A stretch of DNA of 64,000 nt from Octopus vulgaris. Its lineage: Eukaryota. The stretch lies in contig OX597817.1 in the NCBI GenBank assembly GCA_951406725.2, positions 496,001 through 560,000 on the forward strand. The letters are read 5' to 3'. The position numbers and the translations under genes were made by a program. Positions 24,901 to 39,001 of the stretch are shown in pieces. The notes beneath the pieces were generated by a model. It was given only the letters and a program-made list of their open reading frames with translations. It was not told where the DNA came from and did no database searches. Positions within the stretch are counted from its first letter, which is position 1; each line of letters begins with the position of its first letter.

Positions 24901-25400
24901 TATATACACATACACATATATATACATATATACACATAGACCCATATATATACATTACATATATATATATATATACATACATACATACATACATACACAC
25001 AGATATATGAGTGTGTGTGTGTGTGTCTGAATGCATTATGTTCATAAATAAAGGAGAGAGTGAATGAAAAAGTGAAGAGAAAAAGTTAGTGGAGAGATAG
25101 ACATGTAGAGAGAAACAAAAAGCAATGAGAGAGAATGAGAAACAGAATGAGGCACAGTGATAAGAGAGAAAGAAAGAGTATGAAAGTACAGAAAGGGAGA
25201 GAACTATTAGTAATAGAGAGTAATATGTGTTGGTCTGAGGAGATAAAGGTGAGAAATTAGTAACATGAGTCACTAGAAGATCAGTGTCCCTGCTGCTGGC
25301 TCACACCTGATATCCCAGCACACACTGTGGGTGACTCACTTAGAACAAAAGGCAAATGGTTGTGGTGGATAGTTCTCTGCCCAACATGCATCCCTCCTCC

Positions 25401-25437
<37 letters not shown>

Positions 25438-25653
25438 TATATTCTCCTACTGGTTTCAGTCAGTGACTGCAACCATGCTAAGGTACATTGGTCAAGAATC
25501 TAATTAAAGATATCACTCAACTCCAGTGCATATTTCAACTGGTACTTATTTTATCAAGCCAGGAATAAAGGGACACAACACAACACAATGATACCAAACC
25601 AAACAGAAACATATATGCAAGCATAGATAATATATGACATACATATGTGTACA

Positions 25654-25687
<34 letters not shown>

Positions 25688-25782
25688 AATACACATACAT
25701 ACACCTACATACATATACATACATACACACACATATACATACTTACACATATACATACATATATATACATACATATAGATAC

Positions 25783-25813
<31 letters not shown>

Positions 25814-25859
25814 CATATAGATACATATACATATATATACATACATATATACATATATA

Positions 25860-27100
25860 TTGGGCTGTCCAGAAAATTCGTACCAATTTCATTCTTACCT
25901 TTCAACTTATTTTAGAACATGGTTGAGTCTATAAAATAGGATTTGACTACACCTCCATTTAGAGCACAGTTTAAGCTGTCTTTTCATGGAAGAAGTTTTA
26001 CGTTCCTATAATCCGTGTTAATTCTGTAACCCTTTAAAATGGGAGATAAGAAAGTTCATTTTCGGCACTTGGTGCTTTTCATTTTCTGTTAAGGGAAAAA
26101 TGCCTCACAAGCAACCAAAGAAATATGCACAGTTTACGGTGATGTTTCTTTATCCGAAAGAACTGTACGGAAGTGGTTCGCAAGGTTCTCAGCTGGAGAT
26201 TATAGCCTTATTGATAAAGAGCAATCAGGCAGACCATCCACTACAGATGATGACTAAATCAAGTCATTAATTGAGAATAACCCACATTGCACAACCCGAG
26301 AATTGGCAGAAAGCCTCAACCTATCAAAATCTGTCGTTCATGAGCATCTGGTAAAGCTTGGGTACACAAATCGCTACGATGTTTGGGTACCACATGAGTT
26401 GAGTGAGAAGAACCTTTAGGATCGCACTTCCATCTGTGATCTGCTTTACAAACGGAATGAAAACGGGCCTTTTTTAAAGCAAATTGTAACACGTGATGAG
26501 AAATGGATTATCTACCAAAAAGTTCAGAGAAAGCGATCCTAGAGTAAACGATATGAGCCATCCTTAGCCACCCCAAAAGCGGGTCTTCACCCTAAAAAAG
26601 TCTTGCTTTGTGTCTGGTGGGAATGGAAAGGATTCTCCCAAGTAACCAGACAATTAATTGAGAAATACTGCACACAACTGGACAAGTTAAAAGCAGCAAT
26701 TCAAGAGAAACATCCAACAGGAAGGGTGTTGTTTTCCAACATGATAATGCAAGACCGCACGTTTCTTTGGGAACCAGACAAAAATTGCTGCGGCTTGGCT
26801 GAGACATGTTACCCCACCCTCCATATTCACCAGATATTGCTCCTTCGGATTTCCACTTATTCAGGTCTCTGCAGAATAGTCTTAATGGTAAAAATTTCAA
26901 TTCCTTAGATGACGTAAAAAGATACCTTAATGAATTCTTTGCCATGAAATCACCTCAATTCTGGGAAGAGGGTATTTTCAAGTTAAAGAAAAGATGGAGA
27001 CACAGTGTGCAACAAAATGGTTCATATTTGGTTGATTAAAAATGTAATAGTATTTTTTTCTTTCCTTTAAAACTCAGCACAAACTTTCCGGACAACCCAA
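25860..27100 (+). mobile_element. Full-length (1.24 kb) decayed mariner (DD34D) DNA transposon
   Basis: TA flanks; TIRs TTGGGCTGTCCAGAAA / TTTCCGGACAACCCAA; inserted in a (TA/TACA)n tract. Confidence 0.95.
26039..27039 (+). pseudogene. Mariner transposase pseudogene
   Basis: Motifs WVPHEL, IVTRDEKW, HDNARPH and YSPDIAPSDFHLF, interrupted by stops and frameshifts. Confidence 0.93.
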
Positions 27101-27105
27101 TACAT

Positions 27106-27136
<31 letters not shown>

Positions 27137-27299
27137 TATAATGGCCAAGTATAAGAGTTTTGCTCAAGGGGTTGTACTGCAGGATCAAATCCAGAATCCT
27201 GTGGTTGTAAAGGCATGCCTACATATATGTGCATGTGTGCATATATATATACACACGTGTGTGTGTATTTAAGCAAAGAAAAAAAAAGTCATGTGAGGG

Positions 27300-27845
27300 T
27301 GGGGGCAAAGAAGTTTCTGTAGTGGTAAGTGCAGTAAGTTGGCTGAATTGCCAGCACAAGATAAAATACTTAATAGCATTTCTTCTGACTCATTATCTCC
27401 TGAGTTCAAATTCTGCCAAGGTTGGCTTTGCCTTAAAGTGGCGAGCTGGCAGAAACATTAGCACGCCGGGCACAATACTTAGCGGTATTTCATCTGTCTT
27501 TATAGGCGGCGAGCTAGCAGAAACGTTAGCATGCCAGGTGAAATGCTTAGCGGTAATTCGTCTGCCATTATGTTCTGAGTTCAAATTCTGCCAAGGTCGA
27601 CTTTGCCTTTCATCCTTTCGGAGTCGATTAAATAAGTACCAGTTACACACTGGGGTTGATATAATCGACTTAATCCGTTTGTCTGTCCTTGTTTGTCCTC
27701 TCTGTGTGTAGCCCCTTGTGGGTAGTAAAGAAATAAGGTTGGCTTTGCCTTTTCATCCTTTCTGGGTCAATAAAATAAGTACCAACTGAGCACTGGGATT
27801 GATGTAATCGACTAGTCCCCTTCCCCAAAATTTTAGGCCTTAGCA
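27300..27845 (+). mobile_element. Nested or tandem tRNA-derived SINEs (younger copy with duplicated head at 27437-27735 inside an older copy)
   Basis: GGCGAGCTGGCAGAAAC.TTAGCA occurs twice; core GTCGACTTTGCCTTTCATCCTTTCGG; AAGGTTGGCTTTGCCTT is duplicated at 27418 and 27735. Confidence 0.85.
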
Positions 27846-29574
27846 GAAAAATAAAAATTGGTATAGTAGTTACAGCTGTTTCGTAACTTACTCTGGATTA
27901 TATCATTAATGTTTATGCATATACATGATTGTATTGTATAATGTGTGTCATCATTATCGTTTAACATCCCTCTTCCATGTATACATATATGTATATAATA
28001 TCTGATTGCATATATATATATATATATATATATGCATGCATGGAAGAGAGATGTTAAATGATGATATGCACATATAATACAATGGAGCAGGGAAGACTCA
28101 TCTTCAGATCATATTCTGGATATATCCAATATAGAGCCAGTATATCCAGAGTACGTGTCCTTGAGCAAAACACTTTATTTCTCATTGCTCCATTCACTCA
28201 GCTGGCAAAAAGGAGTTGTAACTTGTAATTCAAAGGGCCAGCCTTGTCCCATTCAGTGTGTCATACCAAATCTCCCTGAGAACTACATTAAGGGTGTGTA
28301 TGTCCATGGAGTGCTCAGCTATTTCTACATTAATTTCACAAGCAGGCTGTTCTGTTGATTAAATCAACTGGAACACTCAAAGTTTTAACTAATGGAGACC
28401 CAGGTCATATCCAGAATGGTCTAAATCTCTCAATTCTTTCTTATCAACAGAATGTAAGCATATATGGCTTTTAAATATGTTGAACGTATAAAACAGAGAT
28501 CCACAAAAGAAAAAGAAATGCAATATTAGGAAATTCTTTAAAAATTCTCTTGAAGAAATTTCATTTACAGATCAAACATTCATGTAAGAAAACTTGAGAT
28601 AGCTTTCTGAATATTTTTTAATGTAAACTGCTTTTCTTGCATCTGAAAATGTTTTTGTTTTTTTAAACTTAAAAATCCTTTCTTTTGTTTTTGCCTATTT
28701 GCTTTCAGTACAATTACCACCTAACAAACATGTATTTGTTATTGAACATTCACAGCATAAGATTTAAATTTTGTATTTTGAAAATGCTACTTTTATTTTA
28801 AAACATTTTCCTCTCCCAAATTGCATGCTGTATTTAGCAGCTAATGAAGTAGTATTTGTTATAACTATATCTCTATTTCTCATTTACTATACCTGCTATA
28901 TTTATATAATAAAGAAAAATACTCTAAACATTTCCTAGACAATGGAAACTTCATAGCATCTCAAATGCCCAACATTATATGTAAGTTGATGAGAGTAAAT
29001 GGGATAGGGCCAGACAGAGAGGTAAAGATGGTGAGAACAAAGTGTCAGAAAATGCCCTCAAGATAAAAGAGCATGGGCACAAATGAGAAAGGGTGAGTGA
29101 ATAAAGGTTGTAAGAGCATGAGGTGAGAGAGAGAGAGACTGTTTGAAAAAATAGGGGTAAGTGTAGTGAAGGGGTGGTGTGAGGGAAGAATGGCCTAATA
29201 GTAAATATGAATAAGAGGACAGTGATAAGAAGAGGGATAAATGTTAATAGAAGTTGCTTAGGTGAGAGGAATTGATACCCAACAGAAGAAAAAGGTGATA
29301 CACAGCAGGATAAACAGTAAATAAGGAAAGGGTAAAATAGGGAGAAACAAAGTGTACAATATATATCAAAATATAAGAGCCTATACATATGTGTATATAA
29401 ATATATATACAGTGAGAAGTGGGTTGCATGTATGTACATCTGTGCGTCTATGCATCTGCATGTATTTATGTATATATCTGAGTATATCTAGATATTTTGT
29501 GTCTATGAATACAAACACACACACACACATCATCATCATCATTTAGCATCCGCTTTCCATGCTAGCATGGGTTG

Positions 29575-29626
<52 letters not shown>

Positions 29627-29775
29627 TGAGTGAGTGAGTGAGGGAGACAATGAAAGAAGATGCAGCTGGTTGAATATTTGTTTGCCAGGACCAAAGATTA
29701 AGCAATTTGTACCAAATCACTGCTAATGCAGCTATATTCCAAACAAAAACACTTTTTGTTTTTACACTCAGTGTT

Positions 29776-30225
29776 CATCATCATTATCATCATCGTTTAA
29801 CGTCCGCTTTCCATGCTAGCATTGGTTGGACGGTTCAACTGGGGTCTGGGGAGCCCGAAGGCTGCACCAGGCTCCAGTCTGATCTGGCAGTGTTTCTATA
29901 GCTGGATGCCCTTCCTAACGCCAACCACTCCGAGAGTGTAGTGGGTGATTTTATGTGCCACCGACACAGGTGCCAGACGAGGCTGGCGAACGGCCACGCT
30001 CGGATGGTGTTTTTATGTGCCACCGACACAGGTGCCAGATGTGGCTGGCAGACGGCCACGCTCGGATGGTGTTTTTATGTGCCACCGACACAGGTGCCAG
30101 ACGAGGCTGGCAGACGGCCTCGCTCGGATGGTGTTTTTATGTGCCACCGACACAGGTGCCAGACGAGGCTGGCAGACGGCCACGCTCGGATGGTGTTTTT
30201 ATGTGCCACCGACACAGGTGCCAGA
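29776..30225 (-). mobile_element. RTE 3'UTR-derived repeat with internal 62-bp tandem array (about 4.5 copies)
   Basis: ATGTGCCACCGACACAGGTGCCAGA recurs at 29953, 30015, 30077, 30139 and 30201. Confidence 0.92.
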
Positions 30226-30499
30226 AACATTTAAAACCTACTGCAAAAGATATATTTAGTTTGCATTGTTACAAATCATAAAGAATTTTTAAAAATGCTG
30301 GCCAACGAGGTACCTTCTTTGTAGTGACTAAATCTGCTAGAAATAGCAACCAAATTTCACTTAAATTACATTGTACCATTTAAGAAATGGATACACTGGA
30401 TGATGTAGTCCTAGACACACTGTATCTAAGAGTAGTTGAAATGATTACAACCAGAATGTCTGCTGGAGCACAGTAGACCTGGAGCCAAACTGCTACTAC

Positions 30500-31930
30500 A
30501 CCCATTTACTTTTGCTGACTTGAGCAAGTCTTCTCAAGAACTGTCATCTCTGTGAGGTTGAAGGTCCTGGGATCAGCCTTCACCATTTCAGCCCACATCT
30601 TCCTAGGTTTCCCTCTTCTACACATTCCATCCACCTTAAACCATTGGCCCTTCTTTATACAGCTCCTCATTCATATGTATTATATGCCCATACCAGTGCA
30701 GTTTGCTTTCCTGCACACTACATCTGATACTCTTAGATTTTCTCTCAGCACGTTTGTACTATGTCATTTATACACACTTTTACATTGAGTTTCTCATGGC
30801 ATGTGCTCACTTCATTTTGTTCTACATAGTATCACAAGCACCATACACACTGCCTACTCTTGTTACCAGCAGCAGTAGTAGCTCCCTGAACCTTCTTCAA
30901 ACCATTGTTACTCAGGCTATTATACTTTCAGAACAACCACCTCCCCTGTTTATTACAAAATCTATAAACTACCAGAGAGCCATCTAGGCATTTAAGAGAA
31001 TCTACTTCTGGTGTGCTCCTGATATACACTGCACCAGCACACCTATCCAGCACATACAAAGCCTAACTAAGTGTGCCTGTGATTCCACTACACTATTTGT
31101 GTATCCATAGCTTACAATGGACACAGCATAAGGAGTTTAGACTTACTCCTTTTCTACATAAACAAAGCCATTTCCCTCAAGATACCATTATCCTACCTTC
31201 TTTCCTACTCCCTAAAAGCTTCATATTTGCCAACTTTACCTTAAGACTTCTTCATTCTAGGTTTAGCTTCCAGGCCTGGAATTTCCTCTCTGATTTCTCT
31301 AAAGATTCAGTAATGAGAACAAGATTAGCATATAGGAGTTCCCTTAGACAGCTGGTCTTAAAAAAAAAATCCTGTGTGTAGTCCTGTAAGACAACAATGA
31401 ATAGGAGAGAACTCCTACCCCTAGGCTAAATTATTCACTGAAACCATTGCTGATTCTCACTTTACTTACTGTGTCTTTGTACATAGCTTGCCAAGCCCTC
31501 AGAAGCCATTCATCTATACCTAGTTTCTTTAGTAACCACCAAAGTAATGAATGTGGTATCCTGTCAAACACCTTCTCCAAACCATTGAATGCTAGGAATA
31601 GTGGTTTACCCTCACCCAAGTATTTCTAAAGTTGCCTCACTAGGAAGATTTCATTCACAGTACCTCTTCTTGGCATGAAACCAAACTGCATCTCATCCAG
31701 GACTACTCTGTCACAGATGAACTCTGCTTTAAGTCTCTCGGTGTCTTTCAGAACCTAACCTCGTAGTTTGATTTCCTTTCTCTAAGGCATCTTCTTTGCC
31801 TTTCTAGCAGTTACAGTGATACTGCTATGCCAGTCATTGGGTATGACTTGATTAACTATACAAGTGATAATCATGTATCCCAGTTCAGCAGATATTTTGA
31901 GCATAGATATTTGAGGGATGATTATATGCC
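30500..31930 (-). mobile_element. Decayed RTE LINE reverse-transcriptase fragment
   Basis: KPLFLAFNGLEKVFDRIPHSLLWWLLKKLGIDEWL matches the RT motif F.DLEKAFDR; a QFGF motif lies upstream. Confidence 0.85.
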
Positions 31931-32605
31931 TTCCTCAGACACATTGAATGCTCTTTGTTCTTAATACTAATTGCAACAGAACACCATACACACATATGTA
32001 TGGGGATGGGGGCATAATTATGTACATGTTTGTATTCACAAATAACTACAAGAGGAGCAGCAATATGAAATAAATAGTCATAGAATTTCCTATTAATATA
32101 TGCATATACAAAAAATGGGCATTTAAATTAAATGAAAATGTCCCAACACTCTTAAATGACTTTTGGATTGATACCAAAAACTTTACTTCTATAGTTCCAT
32201 AGTCTGAGCCAAGAGTGAGTCAAAATGTCTTGAGTTCATTTCTCTTTAGGCTACTGACTACAGTTAAAAATCACAAGAATATAAGGAGTAAGTGAATTGA
32301 TTTGGCAGAGAAGTGGTTATCTTCATTACATTTACCTTGGTGTATATAAGGATACCACACCACTGATATGGTGACAGTTGTAACTGAGTAACCCACACAC
32401 CAAATACACATACATAAACACACTCTATTAAGAAAGGATTTTAAATGAAATTATGGTGGGAGTGGTGATTGATGACCATGATGGTCAGTACTCAAAAGTT
32501 TACAAAATTCAGAAGATCTGGCAAAGCCAAATTCTAACTCCAGTGATAAAAATACCAGTTAATCATGCATCATGTAAATTAGTCCTCATATTCCTGGTCC
32601 TCAGG

Positions 32606-32945
32606 CATCATCATCATCATCATCGTTTAACGTCCGGTTTCCATGCTAGCATGGGTTGGACGATTTGACTGAGCTCTGGCAAACCAGATGGCTGCACCAG
32701 ACTCCACTCTGATCTGGCAGAGTTTCTACAGCTGGATGCCCTTCCTAATGCCAACCACTCAGAGTGTAGTGGGTGCTTTTACGTGCCACCAGCACGAGGG
32801 CCAGTCAGGTGGTACTGGCAACAGCCATGCTTAAATGGTGCTTTTTATGTGCCACCTGCACAGGAGCCAGTCCAGCGACACTGGCAACGACCTCGCTTGA
32901 ATGTTTTTTACACGTGCCACCAGCACAAGTGCCAGTAAGGTGACC
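32606..32945 (-). mobile_element. RTE 3'UTR-derived repeat
   Basis: Same family as 23953-24325. Confidence 0.85.
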
Positions 32946-34766
32946 TGTTTGCAAATACCTGTTTGTATTTAAGTAGACACAAACACACACATGAACAAGC
33001 ATGATGATGATAATGCCAATGATGAAATGATAAAGCTGCTCAGCTAACAAAACCACTTTGTGAACTCGTCAGCTATATGGTTTCTAAGGGAAACCACAAC
33101 CTTTCTCATAAATGAACCAAAAGATTTTATTTCTGATGTAATATAAACAAGCAATAAAACTCTCCAGGGTGCAATTCACACAAATCAAGGTTTTCTGGAC
33201 AGTTGAAGGAGGACTTTCGAAATTTATCTTGCAAATCAGGATATAAGATAATGAAGGAACTGGTTTAAAGACTCTATATTGAACTAAATGAAATTAAGAC
33301 AATAAAAACATAAACTATTGAAATAGTCAAGATGGTAAAGACATGACAATATAATGAACAGTTGGTTGTGTGCAGTAGCTTTTTAGTAGTATTGAGGCCA
33401 GACCTGATTTTTTTTTTCTTTTTCTAATAAAGCAGTCATAGGTGATAATCTGGGTGAGAAAAGAGTTGTCATGGTTGACTAAATAAGGCAGAGGGATAAG
33501 TGAACCAAAAATTTGAGAAGGGTTTTGAGGTCACACTTAACATACAGCCAAATGTCCTACCAGACAACATTTTTGGTCATCATCAAATTTAATGGGCAAC
33601 AATAAGCAAGCTATATGCATGCACACGTACACATACACCCAATTAATCATCATCGTTTTAATTTCCACTTTTCCATGCTCACATAAGACAGAATTTGGTG
33701 AGGCAGAGTTTCTAACATCAGATGCCCTTCGTGACACCAACCCTCATCTGTTTCCAAATAAGGTAATATTTCCCCTGTCACCAGACATGTTTTCGCAAAA
33801 GACTGGAAACGAAAGATACCATCTGTATGACAGTAATGCATGCTCATTTACAACTATCATGCAATGTCAAGACAAGGAGACACTAACACACACATGTATG
33901 TATGTGTGTGTGTGTGGGGGGGGGTAGGTAGGTAGGTAGGAAGAGCATCCAGCAGTAAAAATCATGTCAAAGGAGACAGTAAAGCTTGACACGGTATTCT
34001 GGCTTGCCAGTTCCAGTTAAATTGCCCAACCCATAGCAGCATAGAAGGTGGACATTAAAATGATGATGATACAACTGGTTTCTTTCAGCTTCTACCAACA
34101 ATATCTGCTTATAGGGCTTTGGTCAGCTTAAGGTTTTGGTAGAAGACACTTGTCCAGCAGTCCATGCAGTGAGACTGAACCCAAAATCATGTGGTGGAGA
34201 AGTAAACATCTCAATCCCTCTGCCACACTTGCACCTGTGTGTGTGTGCATGGAATGGATTCAATTATTCTCAATCTGCTGATGAGTTCTGTCAAATAAAA
34301 GGTTGACCATATGAAATTGATGACCATTTATATAATAGTGTTTATAAATCAGACCCTACACCTTCCTATTGAGCACTGTGCCACAAAATTAACTGTGTGC
34401 TTACATGCTTATATATATATATATATATCTTTCTACCACCACCACCTCTGCCTCTATCACAACTACAGCTCATACTATCACCCCATTACCATCAAAAAAA
34501 GGCTAAATGTGTGTGTTTGTCCAGTATGTTACTTCAGCATGTTAGTTCAGAGGTCAATCCCTCTTTCTCTCACATACCTACTCTTTATCTCTCTCTCTCT
34601 CTCCCTTATCATTACTCCCACTACCACCATCAACACTACTACTTTTAATAAAACATCAACTCCCCCTAAATTTCTTTGTCCCTCTCTCTCTCTCTCTCTG
34701 TCTTTGCCACTACCCTCACCGTCTCTGCCTACTATTACTCTCACCCCAACATGAGCAATAGTAGGT

Positions 34767-37700
34767 GTTAGTTAGTTAGTTAATTTTTTGGCTCAAAAAG
34801 CAAAAGAGCAAGGCCATGTAGGGGGACATGGAGTTATGTACAGGGTGGTTTTCATGTAAAGAGTTCAGGCCACTTGTGGTCAAGGGAGACTTTGAACCGA
34901 GCGGTCGTCGGCATCTTCACCATCTCGTCTGGCAGCTTATTCCACGGATCCGCAACCCGGACGGAGAAAGCCCCTCTCCTTCGATTGAGATGAAATCGTC
35001 GCAGATAGAGCTTTTCGGAATGACCCCGCAGCCGACGCTCTGGAGCAGGAGTGAAGAGCAGCTCTTTCGAGAGGTTACACTTTCCGCTTATGATGTTGTG
35101 AGCAAGAATGAGATCACCACGGTGTCATCGTTTTTCTAGAGAATAAAGGTCGAGCGTCTTCAGCCTTTCTTCACAAGACAAATACTTGAGACCAAGAACC
35201 ATGCGGGTAGCCAGCTTCTGGACTCTTTCGAGATGCTGTATGTCTTTGAGGAGATAAGGAGAAGAGGCTTGAATCCCATACTCCAATATGGGTCTCACCA
35301 GCGTGACATAGAGCGGTAGGAATATGGCTGCTGTGAGCATTCCGAATGACCGTTGAATCAAGAACAGAACTCCGTGTGCTTTGTTGGCAGCATGGACGCA
35401 CTGGGCCGAAGGCGAAAAGGAGGAATCCACCAAGATACCCAGGTCCTTTACCTGATCGGTCCTCTCCAGCAGCAGACGACCCGGCTCGAAATCAAGTTGA
35501 GTTGCAGGAGGAGAGCCAACAGGCAGATGACAGCACTTTGACACGTTCAGACACAGGTCCCATTCATTAGACCATCTCCAAATTTGGTGGAGGCATCGAC
35601 GAAGATCCTCTATATCACCGCGAGGAGCGACCAGTTTGACATCGTTGGCAAATAGAAGGGTGTGTTGCGTGAGGTCGTCGGGCAAGTCATTTACGAAGAC
35701 TAAGAACAATAAGGGCCCAAGCACTGAACCTTGAGGCACGCCACTGCTCGCACTGGAGACGTCGGACCGCGAACCATTAACTTGGACTTGGAAGGAGCGA
35801 TCTGAGAGGAAGGCACCAACCCATCATACAATATCCGGATGGAAACTATATGCTTGAAGCTTGACAAGTAATAGGCAGTGGTTTACCGAGTCAAAAGCTT
35901 TGGCAAAGTCCAATAAAACGATGTCAACAGCATCACTATCATCGAGGATGCGCGTCAACAATTCTTCCATTACTAGTAAGTTGGTCAAGCATGATCTCTT
36001 CGGCACGAAGCCGTGTTGGGAATCAGAGATAGAGGCTGTGTTTTGGAGGTGGAGCATCATACTTAAGGATGGTTTCGAACATCTTGCTGATTATTGATGT
36101 AAGGGAAACCGCTCGGTAGTTAAGCGGGTCTTCGCGGCTCCCTTTCTTGAAAATTGGGCAGATTATCGCTGTTCTCCAGTCCGCAGGTATAACACCCGTC
36201 GCCAATGGCATATTGAATAGACGTGTTAAGGGCTCGCAGATGACCGGAGCCAACGCTTTGATAACCCGTGGGTGTATGCCGTCAGGGCCGTGACCCTTGT
36301 TGGCATCGAGGCCTTGAATAACGCATTCGATTTCGTCCCGCGTGATGACCAATCGAAGCATTGGAAGTACCGATCTATCAAATGGAGGGGGTTCACGACC
36401 ATCATCTTGTTTGAAAATAGTTGAAAAAGCCTCGGCAAATAATTGACTCTGTTGATAAGGGTCCTCAATCGATACGCTTGTTGAGTCTACCAACGTTGCA
36501 ATTTGGTTGTTCAAGCAGGAATTCCTTTGGACATGGGCAAAGAAGGTTTTTGGATTGCTACTGGCATTTGCCGCGATTTTGTATTCATAACTGAAGTGTT
36601 CTTCCTTTTCAATTTTCACAGTTCGGTCTCGTTGAGTTTTGTACACCTCAAAAGCTGCAGTCAAATCCAGATTTTTGCATTCAGCCCAAGCAATATCTCT
36701 GAGTTGAAGTTCTCGTTTAACCTTCTTCGTCACCCAGGGCTTGTGTTTCTTCTTGGGAAGCCCAACGGGAACTGCTTGGTCAGTCAACCAGATTACATAT
36801 GCTTTCAGGGACAACCATAGTTCGTCAACTGAGGACAACGTCATCAGGGATCGCCAGTCCAGAAGCGCGGAAGCCTTGGTTAGAATTTCAAGATTAATTG
36901 CAGAGAAGACTCTACGTGGCAGCGAAGTAGTCGTGGGTGTAGAAAATGTGGTGTGCATGACAAACTTCAGGACCGCATGATCACTCTTGGCAAGAGAGGC
37001 GCACACAGATACGTCTGACACTGATCTTGGATAGCGGGAGAATACCAGATCCAGCATAGATGGCTGCTGCCCAGACCGATGCCTTGTCGGATATTCAACA
37101 TGTTGCGATAGAAAACAATCTTCAGCCACGTCAAGAAGGGCCTGGCCAAACCGGGAAGATGATGTACAGATTGATGCGGGCCAATCGATCGTGGGAGTGT
37201 TGAAGTCTCCTAGTATCAAACAGTCATGTGAGGCTGAAATGAATCTTATCGCTTCGAGTAAATGAGCATCGTCTGGGGGTCGGCCTGTAGACAGCCAACA
37301 CGGGCAGGCAAAACCCGAATAGGCTCAGCTTGCAATAGACAGCATCGAATTTTGTTGTAGGTTGAGCATTAGTGGGTAGAATACCGCTGGACGGTTTGAG
37401 ATCAGATTTTACATACAAAGCAACACCTCCACCTCGCATTTTTCTCTGTCACATCTGAAGAGGGCGTAGCCCTGTAGGTGGATTTCCGAGTCCTTTACTG
37501 CTTGAATCAGCCAAGTTTCGGTGATAGCTATCACATGAGGGGAGTCACGTATGGCCAGTGTAAATAGTTCGCTGAACTTTGGAAATAAGGAGCACGAGTT
37601 GGTATAGACGATGCTGAGCTGCAAAGTTTGAGGGGCAGGAATTGGGGAACAAGCAGAATAAGGGGTATCAGAGATAGCATCGTTGACGGGGGTATCTACT

Positions 37701-37893
37701 TTACTTCGATTCGCCCTCGATTCACTTTCCCTGTCAGCACTACAGCATGCAACCAGAGGTAGGACTTGATTATTTGTCCATCTTGGATGCGTAAACCCTT
37801 CTCTCCCATCTGTTTTCTCATCTTCAGTTCGGATATTAGATTTCCCCGGCGAATTCTATCTCTCAGTGAGTATTCCTCTCGACAATGAATAGT
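34767..37893 (-). mobile_element. CR1/L2-group LINE, 5'-truncated within ORF1, with nearly complete but frameshifted ORF2 (APE + RT) and (TAAC)n tail
   Basis: ORF1 end ELKMRKQMGEKGLRIQDGQII. APE motifs IAITETWL, ILGDFN, LDLVF, SDH. RT motifs NYRAVSLTS, QHGFVPKRSCLTNLL, LDFAKAFDSV, PQGSVLGPLLF and FAND (catalytic D to N). (GTTA)4 at 34767-34782. Confidence 0.95.
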
Positions 37894-38089
37894 GAGAGAA
37901 GGGACCGAAGTGTAACACACTGACACACAGAAATTAGTTTTCGCATTTATTATATTAGATATATATATATATACAAACACACACACACACACACACACAC
38001 ATCAGTGATGTTCTGCAACATACGTAAAGTGAAACTGGACTATGTATGCCTTCCAGCATGACAGGAATGATTTTATATATATATAGCCA

Positions 38090-38803
38090 GTACCGCATCG
38101 ACTGGCCTCCGTGCTGAGGGCATGTAACAAACACCATCCGAGCGTGGCCGTTCGCCAGCCTCGTCTGGCACCTGTGTCGGTGGCACATAAGAAAACACCA
38201 TCCGAGCGTGGCCGTCTGCCAGCCTCGTCTGGCACCTGTGTCGGTGGTACATAAAAACACCATCCGAGCGTGGCCGTCTGCCAGCCTCGTCTGGCACCTG
38301 TGTCGGTGGCACATAAAAAACACCATCCGAGTGTGGCCGTCTGCCAGCCTCGTCTGGCACCTGTGTCGGTGGTACATAAAAAACACCATCCAAGCGTGGC
38401 CGTCTGCTATCTCGTCTGGCACCTGTGTCGGTGGCACATAAAAAACACCATCCGAGCGTGGCCGTCTGCCAGCCTCGTCTGGCACCTGTGTCGGTGGCAC
38501 ATAAAAACACCATCCGAGCGTGGCCGTCTGCCAGCCTCGTCTGGCACCTGTGTCGGTGGCACATAAAAACACCATCCGAGCGTGGCCGTCTGCCAGCCTC
38601 GTCTGGCACCTGTGTCGGTGGCACATAAAATCACCCACTACACTCTCGGAGTGGTTGGCGTTAGGAAGGGCATCCAGCTGTAGAAACACTGCCAGATCTG
38701 ACTGGCCTGGTGCAGCCTTCAGGCTCCCCAGACACCAGTTGAACCGTCCAACCCATGCTAGCATGGAGAATGGACGTTAAACGATGATGATGATGATGAT
38801 GAT
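38090..38803 (+). mobile_element. RTE 3'UTR-derived repeat with 62-64-bp tandem array (8 copies)
   Basis: Reverse complement of the 29776-30225 copy, with the same diagnostic unit and a (GAT)n tail. Confidence 0.92.
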
Positions 38804-39001
38804 ATATATATATATATAACTTTATATTAGCAACCATTTCTCCTTATTTGCACAGGTGTGATTGTTTATATCCTAGATCAAATGTTTTTTTACAGCATAT
38901 TACCCTTCCTACTGCTAATTACTCAACTAAAAGTAACCACAGAGTTTTTGTTCACTTCAAAGATACTAAAGGCATCTTGTCTGACACTAATGATTTTGCC
39001 A

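Noticed and set aside
37955-38764. 269-aa repetitive ORF and overlapping frames
   Set aside because: Produced by a stop-poor tandem array inside a retroelement 3'UTR; open in several frames on both strands.
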